A stretch of 64,000 nucleotides of DNA from an uncultured Chloroflexia bacterium (GCA_963763775.1 CAVXPZ010000004.1:544001-608000); one strand, 5' to 3'; numbered from the stretch's first letter, positions 30,184 to 41,134 are shown. A program made the numbers and translations. The notes: generated by a model from the sequence alone, not told the origin.

Positions 30184-30771
30184 GTGGAATTCCGCGACGT
30201 CGTCATGAAGCGCCGGGCGGTGCGCCGGTTCGAGGAGGGTGGCGTGGAGCGCGACGTCATCGAGCGGATCGCGCGGCTGGCCCAGCGAACGCCGTCGGCC
30301 GGGTTCAGTCAGGGCCAGCGGCTGATCGTGGTGACGGACCCGGACGCTCGACGCGAGGTCGCCACGATCTGCGGCGAGGATTGGTACAAGGACGAGTTCG
30401 GGCCGTGGGTGAGCGAGTGCGCCGCGCAGTTCATCCCGTGCGTCAGCGAGGCGATCTACCACCGCCGGTACCAGGAGGCCGACAAGGTCGACGACGACGG
30501 CAACGAGATCGAGTGGCCGGTCCCCTACTGGTGGGTCGACATCGGCGCGACCATGCAGAACATCATGCTGGCCGCGGTCGACGAGGGCCTCGGCTGCGGG
30601 TTCATCGGGCCGGACATCGACGGGCTGCGGGCCTACCTCGGCATCCCCGACGAGTTCGTCCCGATCGGGGTGATGCCCGTTGGCCGCCCGCTCCCCGACG
30701 TGCGGTCACCCAGCCTGAAGCGCGGCTGGGTCCCGTTCGACGAATTCGCGCGGTGGGACCGCTGGGGCTAG
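30184..30771 (+). CDS. Nitroreductase family protein
   Basis: RRAVRRF, PSAGFSQG, LAAVDEGLG; GGAGGAG RBS. Confidence 0.9.
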   Translation: MEFRDVVMKRRAVRRFEEGGVERDVIERIARLAQRTPSAGFSQGQRLIVVTDPDARREVATICGEDWYKDEFGPWVSECAAQFIPCVSEAIYHRRYQEADKVDDDGNEIEWPVPYWWVDIGATMQNIMLAAVDEGLGCGFIGPDIDGLRAYLGIPDEFVPIGVMPVGRPLPDVRSPSLKRGWVPFDEFARWDRWG

Positions 30772-30808
30772 GTGTCTGGCGCCCAAAGCGGATGAGCGCC
30801 GGACGATG

Positions 30809-31631
30809 TCAGCCGCTCGGCGGCCAGTTCCCGGGCGGCGGGTCGACGAGGCCTTCGCCCCAGACCTCGGGGCCGCAGAAGAAGCCGTTCGGCGGCGGCG
30901 CGCCGGCCGGCACGGGGCCGAGCGACGACGGGTCCACGCGCCACGCCTCGAGCGTCGCGGCCAACCACGCCTCGATCTCGGCGAACTCGGTCCAGCGGTG
31001 GAACGGCCAGCCGGCCTCGAGGCAGATCCGGACCAGCGAGCGCTTCGCGAACACGATGTCGCTGTAGCCCGCCGCGTAGCGGTCGCTCTCGCCGTCGCCG
31101 ATGAAGACCACCTGCCGCCCCGCCGCCTCGGTGGGCGAGGACGCGGTCGCGCTTGCAGGTCCCGCAGATCTGGCAGCGAGGGTTCGCGTTCGGGAACTCG
31201 ATCGAGGCGCGCCGGCCGGCGAAGGTCGTGCGCGCCGTGACGACCGGCAACTCGGGGACGCCCAGCGCCACGAGCGCCGGCGCGATGAAGAACCCGAAGC
31301 CGTCCGAGACGACCTCGACCGGGACCCCGACCGACTGGGCAAGTCGGACGAACGGCACGAACCCCGCATCATGCGGCTGCGCCGCGGCCGTCGAGAACAG
31401 CTCGGCCGGGTCCGCGTCCACGAGCGACATCTCCAGGGTCATGAGGCGCCTCGAGCCGGACAGCCCGGCGTCGTACGCGGCCACCTCGGCCTCCCAGTCG
31501 ACTCCGGCTTCGAACCGGCTGACGTGGTCGGCCATGACCGTGTCGGAGACGTCGGTCTGGGCGATGGTCCCGTCGTAGTCGACGAGGATCGCGAGCGGCG
31601 GCACGCCGTCGGCGGGCGACCAGGGCCGCAC
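30809..31631 (-). CDS. HAD phosphatase (MtnX-like, subfamily IB); frameshift near 31129, start uncertain
   Basis: DYDGT, VVSDG, CGTCK, IGDGESD, VFAK. Confidence 0.82.
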
Positions 31632-31689
31632 CGCCGGCGCGGCGCCCGTGGCGCTCTGGCGCCCGCGGCGCCACCTTCCATGGCGGCGC

Positions 31690-32667
31690 TCATGCGGCCG
31701 CCCGCCTCACGACCCGCCGCCCGGGCGTCCGGCGCGTGAGGGCGACCCCGGCCACGATCACCGCGCCGCCGATCACCTGCGCCGGACGGATCGGCTCGCC
31801 CAGGAAGATGTACGCGAAGATCACGGCCAGCGCCGGGACGAAGGTCTGCAGCGCGATGACGCGCGTCGGCCCGACGAGCCCGATCGCGTGGAAGATGATC
31901 ACGTTCGCCGCGGCGGCCGCGAGCAGGCCTGAGTACAGGACCGCAAAGGCGATCGGCACGACGTCCGCCCCCTGCTCCGAGCCGATGGCGCCTGGCGCCA
32001 GCAGCTGGCCGAGACCGATCGGGGTCAGCACGATCGTCCCGCCGAGCGACGCCCACGCCGTCAGCACCAGCGGCGAGTGGCGGCGCAGGAAGCGCGCCCC
32101 GAAGGCGGTGTAGAGCGCCCAGCAGAACGCCGCGCCGAGGGTCATCGCGAACCCGACCGGGGACCCCGTGAGCTCGATGCCGACACCACCCGCCACGACG
32201 ATGACGACGCCGATGAACGACAGCCCCACGCCGATCCCGCGTTGTCGCGACAGGGTGTCGACCCCGATGGCGGCCGCGATCACGGCGGTCAGGACCGGAG
32301 CGGAGGCGATGAGCAGCGCCGAGTCGCCGGCCGGGGTGGTCTGCAGCCCCACGGTCCACAGGATCTGGTACACGCCGAACCCGAGGCCGCCGAGGACGAC
32401 GATGCGGATCGCATCCGGGTGGGGCAGTCGGATCGACCCTTCCTGCCAGCGGAGGAACGCGAAGAGGGCGAGCGTCGCCACGGAGTACCGCAGGAACGTG
32501 AACGCGACCGGCGGCATGACCGTGATCACGTCCTTGACCACGATGAAGTTCGCGGCCCAGACCACCATCACGCCGAGGACCGCGAGTTCCGCCATGCGGC
32601 GGTCGGCAGACGCGCCGACGCCCGCCGGTGGACCGGCGGGCGTCGAGGTCACCTGATCCGTGGCCAC
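31690..32667 (-). CDS. EamA/DMT family transporter
   Basis: WAANF..VK, PP..FTFLR, two EamA halves, LGEPI. Confidence 0.92.
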   Translation of the reverse strand: MATDQVTSTPAGPPAGVGASADRRMAELAVLGVMVVWAANFIVVKDVITVMPPVAFTFLRYSVATLALFAFLRWQEGSIRLPHPDAIRIVVLGGLGFGVYQILWTVGLQTTPAGDSALLIASAPVLTAVIAAAIGVDTLSRQRGIGVGLSFIGVVIVVAGGVGIELTGSPVGFAMTLGAAFCWALYTAFGARFLRRHSPLVLTAWASLGGTIVLTPIGLGQLLAPGAIGSEQGADVVPIAFAVLYSGLLAAAAANVIIFHAIGLVGPTRVIALQTFVPALAVIFAYIFLGEPIRPAQVIGGAVIVAGVALTRRTPGRRVVRRAAA

Positions 32668-32699
32668 CGCCGGGTCGGCAGTGGCGTCGACCGAGTCGA

Positions 32700-32855
32700 T
32701 CAGACGCCCTCGCTATCGAGTTCGAGGATCTCTTCGTCCGCCTCTTCGGTCAGCTTGAGCCACACGAAGAGGCCCGTGAGCACGGCGAGCGGGATGACGA
32801 TGAGCGCCGCCAGGGTGATCCCCAGGGCGACGGCGACGGTCTTGAGGGCCTTCAT
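32700..32855 (-). CDS. 51-aa membrane protein with acidic tail (MKALKTVAVALGITLAALIVIPLAVLTGLFVWLKLTEEADEEILELDSEGV)
   Basis: GGAGG RBS, GC3-rich codons, fills the operon gap; absent from ORF track. Confidence 0.8.
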   Translation of the reverse strand: MKALKTVAVALGITLAALIVIPLAVLTGLFVWLKLTEEADEEILELDSEGV

Positions 32856-32874
32856 GGCACGACCTCCAGTGCGG

Positions 32875-33405
32875 TTACGACGACGCCGCTGGCTTGGACC
32901 CAGGGGCGGGCTCGGGGTAGCGAAGGCTGGGGCCTCTGGCGACCAGCCCGGAGATATCGTCTTTCGTGAACTCGGTCAGCTGATGGTGGTTGCCGCCCTG
33001 GCCGGAGAGCAGCAGGCGGACGACGAAGGCCCCGTCCTGCTCGAAGAAGAACACGTCGCTCGGCTTCTGCTCGTCGATGTAGCGGCCCATCACCCGGAAC
33101 GCCGTCTCGTAGCGCCCGGCGGTGTGCGGCGGCGGAGGTGGTGTCCGGCCCCGGCGGGCGGCGGCCTCTTCCATGAACCGCGCGATGTCGTCGTCGACGA
33201 AGGTCAGCGTCTCCTTGACGAGCGTGCCCATCGTGTCGCTCCAGGTCCCCGAGCTGCTCCCGGAGATGACCAGGCCCTGCACGATGAAGCCATCCGGCGC
33301 CTCGACCAGGAGGACGTCACGCATCCCGCGCTGATCGATGAACGCGCCGATGCTGCGAAAGACCTCCTCGAAGTCCTGGCGTGGACTCCCCTCGTAGATC
33401 CGCAT
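32875..33405 (-). CDS. 176-aa hypothetical protein with internal duplication
   Basis: FEEVFRSIGAFIDQ...E.PDGFIV repeats as YETAFRVMGRYIDE...EQDGAFVV; GGAGG upstream. Confidence 0.8.
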   Translation of the reverse strand: MRIYEGSPRQDFEEVFRSIGAFIDQRGMRDVLLVEAPDGFIVQGLVISGSSSGTWSDTMGTLVKETLTFVDDDIARFMEEAAARRGRTPPPPPHTAGRYETAFRVMGRYIDEQKPSDVFFFEQDGAFVVRLLLSGQGGNHHQLTEFTKDDISGLVARGPSLRYPEPAPGSKPAASS

Positions 33406-33422
33406 GCGGGTCAGTTCCTCCG

Positions 33423-34391
33423 TCAGGAACCGGTCGTCCGATCCAGAAGGCCGCGATCCTTGGCGCGGCGCTCGCTGGAACGGAAGATGCCGGTGGCCGC
33501 GAGTGTAACCAGCCCCCCGGTCACGAGCAAGGCGATGACGATGGTCTGACCGTCCGGCGACGCGGTTCCGGTGACACTGGTCCACACACTCCCGGCGCCG
33601 CCGATGCCCGAGGTCCCGCCTGGGAAGACGGCCAGCCGGACGCCCTCGATCCACCATGCCAGTGGGTTCATCAGACCGACGACCTGGAGCGCATCGGGCA
33701 GCACCGCGAGCGGGAAGACGGCGCCGCTCACCAGGAACAGCGCACCGGCGACGGCCTCCGGGTAGTGCCACGCCTCCTGGCGCGTCTGGAGACAGACCGC
33801 GGCCATCAGGACGCCGATGGCGATGATCGACGCGATGCCCAGGGGCATCACGATCAGCAACAACGGCCAGGCGATGGCCGAGACATCGAACTGGACTCCC
33901 AGCAGGAGGACCCCGATCGCGATCGTGATCGTGGCGCCCATCGCGCCGACCGCGATGCGGGCGATGCCCCGCCCGAGCAGCACGACGAGGAAGTCGCTCG
34001 GACTGACGTAGACGTACTTGAGCATCCGATACCGCTCGCGGTCGTCGAGGATCGACCACGCGAGACCGGCGATGCCCGCGAGGACGAACGACCACAGTGC
34101 GGTCCCGACGACGACGAACCCGCGGTAGGCCGGATCGGTGCCACCGCTCACGATGTCCAGGATGACGACGAGGATCAGCGCGGCCGCGACGGGCTTCATG
34201 ACCGAGTAGATGAAGAAGAGGTACGGGTCCGTCCAGTTGGCCTCCATCTGCCAGCCAAGCTGGGCCGCGGTCCGGAAGCTCTGCCATTGCGCCCCGATCC
34301 CCAGGTCCTTGGCACGCGATCGATCGAAGCCACCCCATTCCGGTGATCCGAGACCCGATCCCCCTGGTTCGGCGGCAGGGGTCGCGTTCAT
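33423..34391 (-). CDS. ABC-2 type permease
   Basis: Six TMs, SGAVFPLAVLP..LQ, NP..W. Confidence 0.9.
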   Translation of the reverse strand: MNATPAAEPGGSGLGSPEWGGFDRSRAKDLGIGAQWQSFRTAAQLGWQMEANWTDPYLFFIYSVMKPVAAALILVVILDIVSGGTDPAYRGFVVVGTALWSFVLAGIAGLAWSILDDRERYRMLKYVYVSPSDFLVVLLGRGIARIAVGAMGATITIAIGVLLLGVQFDVSAIAWPLLLIVMPLGIASIIAIGVLMAAVCLQTRQEAWHYPEAVAGALFLVSGAVFPLAVLPDALQVVGLMNPLAWWIEGVRLAVFPGGTSGIGGAGSVWTSVTGTASPDGQTIVIALLVTGGLVTLAATGIFRSSERRAKDRGLLDRTTGS

Positions 34392-35266
34392 TGCCATCGG
34401 AGCGACAGGCGGCCGTCGCGCCGTGCGCGTTGCTCCATGGCCCGCAGCATCCAGCGGGCGGACAGCAGGAAGACGACGGTCATCACGACGAGGATGAGGG
34501 CCTCGATCTCGGGTGATGGCGTCCCGAAGGCGATGTCCCCGTCCGTGAAGGCGAGCTGCCGCATCGCGTCGAGGCCGACCGCGAGTGGGATCACGGCGAT
34601 GGCCAGCGCTCCGAGCATCCCGAGACGCCCGACGGGGAAGCTCAGACCGGATACGAAGTAGACGGGCTCCGTGAAGAGCTCCGTCATCTGCTGTGCCTCG
34701 CGACCCCAGACGAGGAACAGGCTGGCCAGCATCATGCCAAGGCCGTAGAGCGCCGAGAGGGTCAGCACGAAGACCGCGACGAGCAACCACGGCTGCTCGA
34801 TCGAGAAGACGACCTGGAAGACGAGGGAGGCCACGACGAGGATCATCGTCGCGCGCACCGCGCTCATCACCATGCCGCCGAGCGCCATGCCGAACAGGAT
34901 CGCCATGATGTCGATCGGGGCCGCGAAGTAGAGCTCGAGATTGCCCTGGCTCTTCTCCCAATAGAGCTGGCTGGCCATCATCCAGATGACGTTGAGCCAG
35001 AACGCGGTCATCGCTCCCCCAAGGACCACGAACCCGACATATTCCTGCGGCGCCTGGAGCGATCGGTAGACGAAGACGAACGCGGAGGTCGCGAGCAACG
35101 GCAGGAGGAGCTCGAAGAACAGCCACGACGGCTCGCGGAACATCCCGGAGACGCGCGGATAGGCGCGTCCGCCGACCGCCCGAAGGTCAGTGAAGAAGGC
35201 TTGTCGGCGCGTCCAGGTCGCGGCTTCGGCAGGGCTCGCCGTCGGACGGAATTCGTAGACCGACAT
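34388..35266 (-). CDS. ABC-2 type permease
   Basis: EKSQGNLE, SGLSFPV..L, PL..GLDAMR. Confidence 0.9.
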   Translation of the reverse strand: MSVYEFRPTASPAEAATWTRRQAFFTDLRAVGGRAYPRVSGMFREPSWLFFELLLPLLATSAFVFVYRSLQAPQEYVGFVVLGGAMTAFWLNVIWMMASQLYWEKSQGNLELYFAAPIDIMAILFGMALGGMVMSAVRATMILVVASLVFQVVFSIEQPWLLVAVFVLTLSALYGLGMMLASLFLVWGREAQQMTELFTEPVYFVSGLSFPVGRLGMLGALAIAVIPLAVGLDAMRQLAFTDGDIAFGTPSPEIEALILVVMTVVFLLSARWMLRAMEQRARRDGRLSLRWQ

Positions 35267-36387
35267 CAGACGATCTCCCGCTCGTCGGGCTCGCCGGGCT
35301 CGTGTGGGGTCGGATCGGCCGTTCGAGCGGATGGCGCGCGATCCTCGGGAGCGCCGGCGCCGTCGGTGCCTCCTTCGTCGTCGAACCCTCGTCCGACGAG
35401 CTCGACGAACACGTCCTCCAGCGACGGCTCCGACTTCTGGAGCGCGAGGATGTGCGAACCGAGACGGGACAGGGCGATGACGACGCCACCAAGGGCGCCG
35501 TCCTCCTCGAGCACGAGATTGAGACTGACGCTCTGGCGATCGGTGGGGCCGCCATCCTCGGCCGTGGGCGCCGCAGAGACGACGCCGGGCAGACGAGCGA
35601 GGTCGGCGATGCTGCCGTCGAGGCGGTCGAGCTCGAGGCGGAAGATCGACTCTCGCTGGACACGCCGCTTCAACGCTTCGGGCGATCCGATCGCCAGGAT
35701 CCGGCCGTGGTCCACGATGGCGATCCGCTCGCAGAGCTCGTCCGCTTCGGCCATGTAGTGCGTGGTCAGGAGGACGGTCCGGCCCGGGACCGCGGCCTTC
35801 CAGGCGATCACCAGCTCGCGAACGGACCGCGCGGCGGCCACGTCCAGCCCGAGCGTCGGCTCGTCGAGGAACAGGATCCACGGGTCGTTGAGGAGTCCTC
35901 GGGCGAAGTTCATCTTCTGGCGCTGCCCGGTGGAGAGCGTGCTGACCCGCTGCTGCGCCTGGTCACTGAAGCCGATCGCCTCGATCAGTTCGTCCACGCG
36001 CCGCCAGCCGTCCTTGCGCGGCAATCCGTAGAACTGGCTGAACATCCAGAGTTGCTCGCGCACGGTCAGGATCCCGTACCCGGACTGCTCGCCGCCCGCG
36101 ACCATGTTCATGATCCTGCGGATCTTCTTGACCTCGGTGGCGACATCGAATCCGAAGATCCTCGCCGTCCCTTCGGTCGGGAGCAGCAGCGTCGAGAGGA
36201 TCTTGATCAAGGTGGTCTTGCCGGCGCCGTTGGGCCCGAGCAGGCCGAAGAACTCGCCTGGCGCGACCTCGAGGTCGACGCCGTCGAGGGCGACGACCGA
36301 TGTCGGCTTGACGTTGTAGACGCGGCGGACGCCACGCGCTTCGATGGCCGGTGGTCCGGACGTGACGGACCCGGGCGAAACGGACAT
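35266..36387 (-). CDS. ABC transporter ATP-binding protein (DrrA-like)
   Basis: GPNGAGKTT, LSTGQ, FLDEPT, TTH, PSLEDVF. Confidence 0.95.
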   Translation of the reverse strand: MSVSPGSVTSGPPAIEARGVRRVYNVKPTSVVALDGVDLEVAPGEFFGLLGPNGAGKTTLIKILSTLLLPTEGTARIFGFDVATEVKKIRRIMNMVAGGEQSGYGILTVREQLWMFSQFYGLPRKDGWRRVDELIEAIGFSDQAQQRVSTLSTGQRQKMNFARGLLNDPWILFLDEPTLGLDVAAARSVRELVIAWKAAVPGRTVLLTTHYMAEADELCERIAIVDHGRILAIGSPEALKRRVQRESIFRLELDRLDGSIADLARLPGVVSAAPTAEDGGPTDRQSVSLNLVLEEDGALGGVVIALSRLGSHILALQKSEPSLEDVFVELVGRGFDDEGGTDGAGAPEDRAPSARTADPTPHEPGEPDEREIV

Positions 36388-36523
36388 ACGGGTCCCCGGA
36401 AGCGAGCACCTGGAAGGCCCGAAGTCTACCACCCCGTCGTCGCCGAGAGAAGCCCGCGGTCGAATGTCCGGAAGATATCAATCGAACACGGACGGTCGCT
36501 GCCAAGCCCGCCCGGGCGAGGGT

Positions 36524-37468
36524 TCAGCGCTCGGCGAGTCGCGCCGCGAGATCCCCCGCGACGCGGGCGTCGTTGACGATCAGGGCCGTGTTGGCCCGGA
36601 GGGAAGCGCCTTCCGTGAGCGCCGCGATCCTTGCCAGCAGCCACGGGGTCAGCGCCGGGCCGCCGATGCCGGCCGCCGCCGCCTCGACCACGGCCTGCTC
36701 GACGACCGCCCTCGCGACGTCGTCGGGGAGGGCCACGTCCGCCGGGACCGGCACGCAGACGAGCACGGCACCCCCGAGTCCGAGGCCCAGATGCGTCGCC
36801 ACGAGGTCGGCGGCCGCGACGACATCCGCGACGCTCGCCGGTGCCCGAACGCCCGAGGAGCGAGCGTAGAACCCCGGGAGCTCGTCCTGTCCGACGGCCA
36901 CGACCGGGACCCCGCGCGTCTCGAGATACTCGAGCGTCGCGGGAACGTCGAGGATCGCTTTCGGCCCCGCGCACACCACGGCCATCGGGGTCCGGCCGAG
37001 CTCTTCGAGGTCGGACGAGATGTCGAACGTGGGGGCGGACGCTGACCCCGGGACGCCGAGGGCGCCGCGATGGACGCCGCCGATCCCGCCGGTGGCGAAG
37101 ACGCGGATCCCCGCCGCGTGCGCCGCGATCATCGTGGCCGACACGGTCGTGGCCGCCCAGCCGCCAGCGATGATCGCCGCGGCAAGACTGGGCCTTGCCG
37201 CCTTCCGAACCGAGCCTTCAGGGGCGGTCGCCAGCGCCTCGAGGCTCGCCTCGTCGAGGCCGACCAGGAGTCGACCGTCATGGATCGCGACCGTGGCCGG
37301 GGTCGCGCCGGCGTCCCGGACCGCGGCCTCGGAGGCCCGCGCCACCTCGAGGTTCGCGGGATATGGCAGGCCGTGGCTGATCAGCGTGGACTCGAGCGCC
37401 ACGACCGGCCGGCCGGCCGCGAGGGCGGCGCCGACGTCCGTGGCGATGTCGAGTCGGTCGGTGAGCAT
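36524..37468 (-). CDS. psuG: Pseudouridine-5'-phosphate glycosidase
   Basis: VVALESTLISHGLPYP, ATTVSATM, ATGGIGGVHRG, DISSDL, TLEYLET. Confidence 0.95.
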   Translation of the reverse strand: MLTDRLDIATDVGAALAAGRPVVALESTLISHGLPYPANLEVARASEAAVRDAGATPATVAIHDGRLLVGLDEASLEALATAPEGSVRKAARPSLAAAIIAGGWAATTVSATMIAAHAAGIRVFATGGIGGVHRGALGVPGSASAPTFDISSDLEELGRTPMAVVCAGPKAILDVPATLEYLETRGVPVVAVGQDELPGFYARSSGVRAPASVADVVAAADLVATHLGLGLGGAVLVCVPVPADVALPDDVARAVVEQAVVEAAAAGIGGPALTPWLLARIAALTEGASLRANTALIVNDARVAGDLAARLAER

Positions 37469-37488
37469 CGCGGGCAAGGGTACGTCGG

Positions 37489-38481
37489 TCAGCCGAGCGC
37501 CAGTTCCGGCCGCGCCGCCGTCAGCTGCCGCGCCGCCGCGCGGTGTCCCGCGAGCGCGGCGCGCTGGAGCGATGCGGGCAACGAGCGGCCCGCGGCCCGC
37601 GCGGCGAACCAGCCCACGAGGAACCCCGCATCGAAGGCGTCGCCCGCGCCGGTCGTGTCGGCGGCCGCGATCTGGACCGTCGCGACCTCGAAGCGGAGGG
37701 GCGCGGCATCGGCTCGGGCCAGGACGGTCGCGCCCTTCGGGCCGCGCTTGACGACGGCCACGGCCGCGAACTCGAGCAGACCCTCGATGGCCTGTCCGCC
37801 GAGGAGCGCCTCCGCCTCGGTCGCGGTGGCCAGGATCAGGTCCGGAGCGATGTCGGCGAGGAGGGTGCGTGCGGCGCGACGGCCACCGGCGAGGAGCGGG
37901 CCGATGGAAGCCAGGTCGATGCTGACCATCGCGCCGGCGGCGCGCGCCAGCTCGACGGCTCGGCGGCCCGCTGACCCGAGCGGCTCGCCCAGGAGCGAGT
38001 ACGCGGGCATGTGCAACGCATCGGCGCCGGTGAACCAGCCGGCCTGGAGGTCGTCCGGACGGAGCAGGTCGGCGGCGCCGCGGTCCGCGACGAACGACCG
38101 TTCGCCGTCCGGGCTGACGAGGACCCCGATGCGGCCGGTGCGGGCGCCGGCGACGCGGGCCACGCGTGGCGTCACGTGATCGGCACGGAGCGTGGCCACG
38201 AGCGCGCGGCCCGCGGCGTCGCGCCCGACGGCCGAGATCAGGCTGGACCGTGCCCCGAGACGGCCGAGCCAGCGCGCGGTGTTCGCCGCCGACCCGCCGG
38301 CGACGAGCGCGACATGGCCGGGAACGTCCGTGCCCGCCTCGAGCGATCGCGATGGCGCGAGGACGACGTCGACCATGAGGTCGCCGAGCACCACGATCCG
38401 TGCCGTCCCGCTCGGCGGGCGCCGGGTCGGCCGGTGCGGTCGCTGGGGTCGATGGGGCCGAGGCGGCCGGAGCCGGGGCAT
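37489..38481 (-). CDS. PfkB family carbohydrate kinase (likely pseudouridine kinase)
   Basis: GGSAANTA, KRGPKG, DTTGAGDAF; adjacent to psuG. Confidence 0.88.
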   Translation of the reverse strand: MPRLRPPRPHRPQRPHRPTRRPPSGTARIVVLGDLMVDVVLAPSRSLEAGTDVPGHVALVAGGSAANTARWLGRLGARSSLISAVGRDAAGRALVATLRADHVTPRVARVAGARTGRIGVLVSPDGERSFVADRGAADLLRPDDLQAGWFTGADALHMPAYSLLGEPLGSAGRRAVELARAAGAMVSIDLASIGPLLAGGRRAARTLLADIAPDLILATATEAEALLGGQAIEGLLEFAAVAVVKRGPKGATVLARADAAPLRFEVATVQIAAADTTGAGDAFDAGFLVGWFAARAAGRSLPASLQRAALAGHRAAARQLTAARPELALG

Positions 38482-38609
38482 GGACACGATGGTAGCGGCG
38501 GGCGAGGCGGGCCGGGCGGGCCGGGCGGGTCTCACGGCGGACCGCGGAGCCGGACCTACAATGGCCACTCCGACCCTGCCCAGCCGTGCTGCCGGAGTGA
38601 TGACCCTCG

Positions 38610-40730
38610 ATGACCACCGTGACCCCCGACCTCGACCGACTCGCCATCGACACCATCCGGACGCTCTCGATCGACGGCGTCCAGCAGGCGAATTCCGGGC
38701 ATCCGGGCGCCCCGATGGGTGCGGCCCCGATGGCCTTCACGATCTGGACCCGGTTCCTGCGGCATGCCCCCACGGACCCGACGTGGCCGGATCGCGACCG
38801 GTTCGTGCTCAGCGCGGGCCACGCGAGCATGTTGCTGTACTCGCTCCTGCACCTGACGGGGTACGACGTCACGCTCGACGACCTCAAGTCGTTCCGCCAG
38901 TGGGGCAGCCGCACCCCCGGCCACCCGGAGTACGGCCTCACCGCGGGCGTCGAGGCGACGACCGGACCGCTGGGCCAGGGACTCTCGAACGCCGTCGGGA
39001 TGGCGATCGCCGAACGGCGCCTGGCCGAGGAGTTCAACCGGGACGGCCACGAGATCGTCGATCACTGGACGTATGTCATCGCCTCTGACGGCGACCTCCA
39101 GGAAGGCATCGCGTCGGAGGCGTGCAGCCTTGCGGGGCACCTCCGGCTCGGCAAGCTCGTGGTGCTCTACGACGACAACCACATCCAGCTCGACGGCCCG
39201 ACGGCGATGGCCTGGTCCGAGGACGTCGTGGCGCGGTTCGCCGCCTACGGCTGGGATGCGCGTCGCGTCGAGGACGGCAACGATGTCGGCGCGATCGAGG
39301 CCGCCATCGAAGCGGCTCGCGCGGATGACCGGCCGAGCCTGATCGCCGTCCGGACGCACATCGGGTTCGGCAGCCCGAACAAGCACGACAGCCAGAAGGC
39401 CCACGGCGCGCCGCTGGGCGCCGACGAGGTCCGCCTCACGAAGGAGGCCTACGGCTGGGACCCGGACAAGACGTTCTACGAGCCCGAGGCCGCACTCGCG
39501 CTGTTCCGCGCCGCCATCCCCGAGGGCGAGCAGCGGGTCGCCGAGTGGACCATCCGGTTCGAGGCGTATGCCGCCGCGCACCCGGATCTCGCCGCGGCCT
39601 TCCGCCGCCGGCAGTCGGGCGAGCTCGCCGACGGCTGGGACGCGGACCTCAAGGTCTACGAGACGGGCTCCGAGGTCGCGACGCGCAACGCGAGCCAGGA
39701 CGCCATCCAGTCCCTCGCCGCCCGTGTCCCCGAGCTCTTCGGCGGCGCCGCGGACCTGTCGGAATCGAACTTGACGGACGTCAAGGGCGAGGCGAACTTC
39801 GAGGCCGACGTGGCCGGCCGCAACCTCCGCTTCGGCGTCCGCGAGCACGCGATGGGCGGGGTCGCCAACGGCATCGCGTATCACGGCGGCTTCATCCCGT
39901 ACGTCGCGACGTTCCTCACGTTCAGCGACTACATGCGCGGATCCGTGCGCCTCTCGGCGCTTGCCGGCCTGCATGTCATCGACGTGTGGACCCACGACTC
40001 CGTGGGTCTCGGCGAGGACGGGCCCACGCACCAGCCGGTCGAGCACTACGCCGCGCTGCGCGCGATCCCGAACCTCTGGTTCATCCGTCCGGGCGACGCG
40101 AACGAGACGGCCGCCGCGTGGGCACTCGCAACCGAACGACGCAACGGGCCGGTGGCGCTCGCGCTGACCCGGCAGAAGCTCCCGACCTTGCCTCGCACGG
40201 ACACATTGGCGCGTGACGGCGTCGCCCGAGGCGGGTACGTGTTGCGCGAGGCGTCGGGCGGGACGCCGTCGCTCATCCTCATCGGGACGGGTTCCGAGCT
40301 CCAGCTGGCGTTCTTCGCGGCCGAGGCGCTCGAGGCCGACGGGATCCCGACGCGGGTCGTCTCGCTCCCGTGCTGGGAGCGTTTCGAGGCCCAGGACGCG
40401 GCCTATCGCGAGGCGGTCCTGCCACCGGCCGTTCGCAAGCGCGTCAGCGTCGAGATCGGGGTCACGCTCGGGTGGGACCGCTGGGTGGGCGACGAGGGCG
40501 CGATCATCGGGCTCGACCACTTCGGCGCGTCCGCACCGGCGGGGACCATCTTCGAGCACTTCGGGTTCACGGTCGAGCGCGTCGCCGACGTCGGCCGCCG
40601 CGTGGTCCGCGAGGGCCTGCGCGGGCGAGTCCCGACGCTGGACGGCGGGCACTTCGGCCACCATCCGACGATCGAGGCCGGCGACGCCGGCGTCAGTCGA
40701 ACAGGCGCGTCGGATCCGGGACACAGCTAG
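38610..40730 (+). CDS. tkt: Transketolase
   Basis: [37 protein letters not shown]. Confidence 0.98.
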   Translation: MTTVTPDLDRLAIDTIRTLSIDGVQQANSGHPGAPMGAAPMAFTIWTRFLRHAPTDPTWPDRDRFVLSAGHASMLLYSLLHLTGYDVTLDDLKSFRQWGSRTPGHPEYGLTAGVEATTGPLGQGLSNAVGMAIAERRLAEEFNRDGHEIVDHWTYVIASDGDLQEGIASEACSLAGHLRLGKLVVLYDDNHIQLDGPTAMAWSEDVVARFAAYGWDARRVEDGNDVGAIEAAIEAARADDRPSLIAVRTHIGFGSPNKHDSQKAHGAPLGADEVRLTKEAYGWDPDKTFYEPEAALALFRAAIPEGEQRVAEWTIRFEAYAAAHPDLAAAFRRRQSGELADGWDADLKVYETGSEVATRNASQDAIQSLAARVPELFGGAADLSESNLTDVKGEANFEADVAGRNLRFGVREHAMGGVANGIAYHGGFIPYVATFLTFSDYMRGSVRLSALAGLHVIDVWTHDSVGLGEDGPTHQPVEHYAALRAIPNLWFIRPGDANETAAAWALATERRNGPVALALTRQKLPTLPRTDTLARDGVARGGYVLREASGGTPSLILIGTGSELQLAFFAAEALEADGIPTRVVSLPCWERFEAQDAAYREAVLPPAVRKRVSVEIGVTLGWDRWVGDEGAIIGLDHFGASAPAGTIFEHFGFTVERVADVGRRVVREGLRGRVPTLDGGHFGHHPTIEAGDAGVSRTGASDPGHS

Positions 40731-40744
40731 GCCGATCGACCGTG

Positions 40745-40771
40745 GCGCAACGATTTCCGTTGCGCTAGACT
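40745..40771 (+). promoter_or_regulatory. TA operator GCGCAACG-N5-CGTTGCGC abutting -10 TAGACT
   Basis: Perfect 8-bp inverted repeat 40745-40765; -10 at 40766-40771, 6 nt before ATG. Confidence 0.7.
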
Positions 40772-40777
40772 CGGCGC

Positions 40778-41110
40778 ATGGCGATCGCGACCGCGGACCG
40801 CGTCCGCTCCCTGGTCGAGGACTTCGGCGGCCAAGCCGAGGTCGCGCGCGCGCTCGGCGTCGACCGGTCCCGTGTCACCCGCTGGCTGCGCGACGCGGCC
40901 CCGGACGCCGAGAACCGACGCAAGCTCGAGTCGATCGAGTTCGCGATGGCGCGCCTCCTCCAGACCTTCCATCGCGAGACCGCCGTCTCGTGGCTGTACG
41001 GCCTGAACGCGCATCTCGGGGATCGCCGCCCGATCGATCTGCTGGCCGCCGGCCGGGTCTCCGAGGTCCTCGCCGCCATCGAGGCCGAGGAGACCGGCGC
41101 CTACGCCTAG
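40778..41110 (+). CDS. Xre/MbcA/ParS-like antitoxin
   Basis: HTH QAEVARALGVDRS.V.RW; C-terminal WL.G.NAHLG..RPIDLL. Confidence 0.88.
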   Translation: MAIATADRVRSLVEDFGGQAEVARALGVDRSRVTRWLRDAAPDAENRRKLESIEFAMARLLQTFHRETAVSWLYGLNAHLGDRRPIDLLAAGRVSEVLAAIEAEETGAYA

Positions 41111-41134
41111 CCGCACGGGCTCGCGGATCGGTCG

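Noticed and set aside
37489-37492. CTG start for psuG (and the in-frame CTGA before gnd at 45041)
   Set aside because: Canonical in-frame ATG starts lie a few codons downstream, so CTG is not needed
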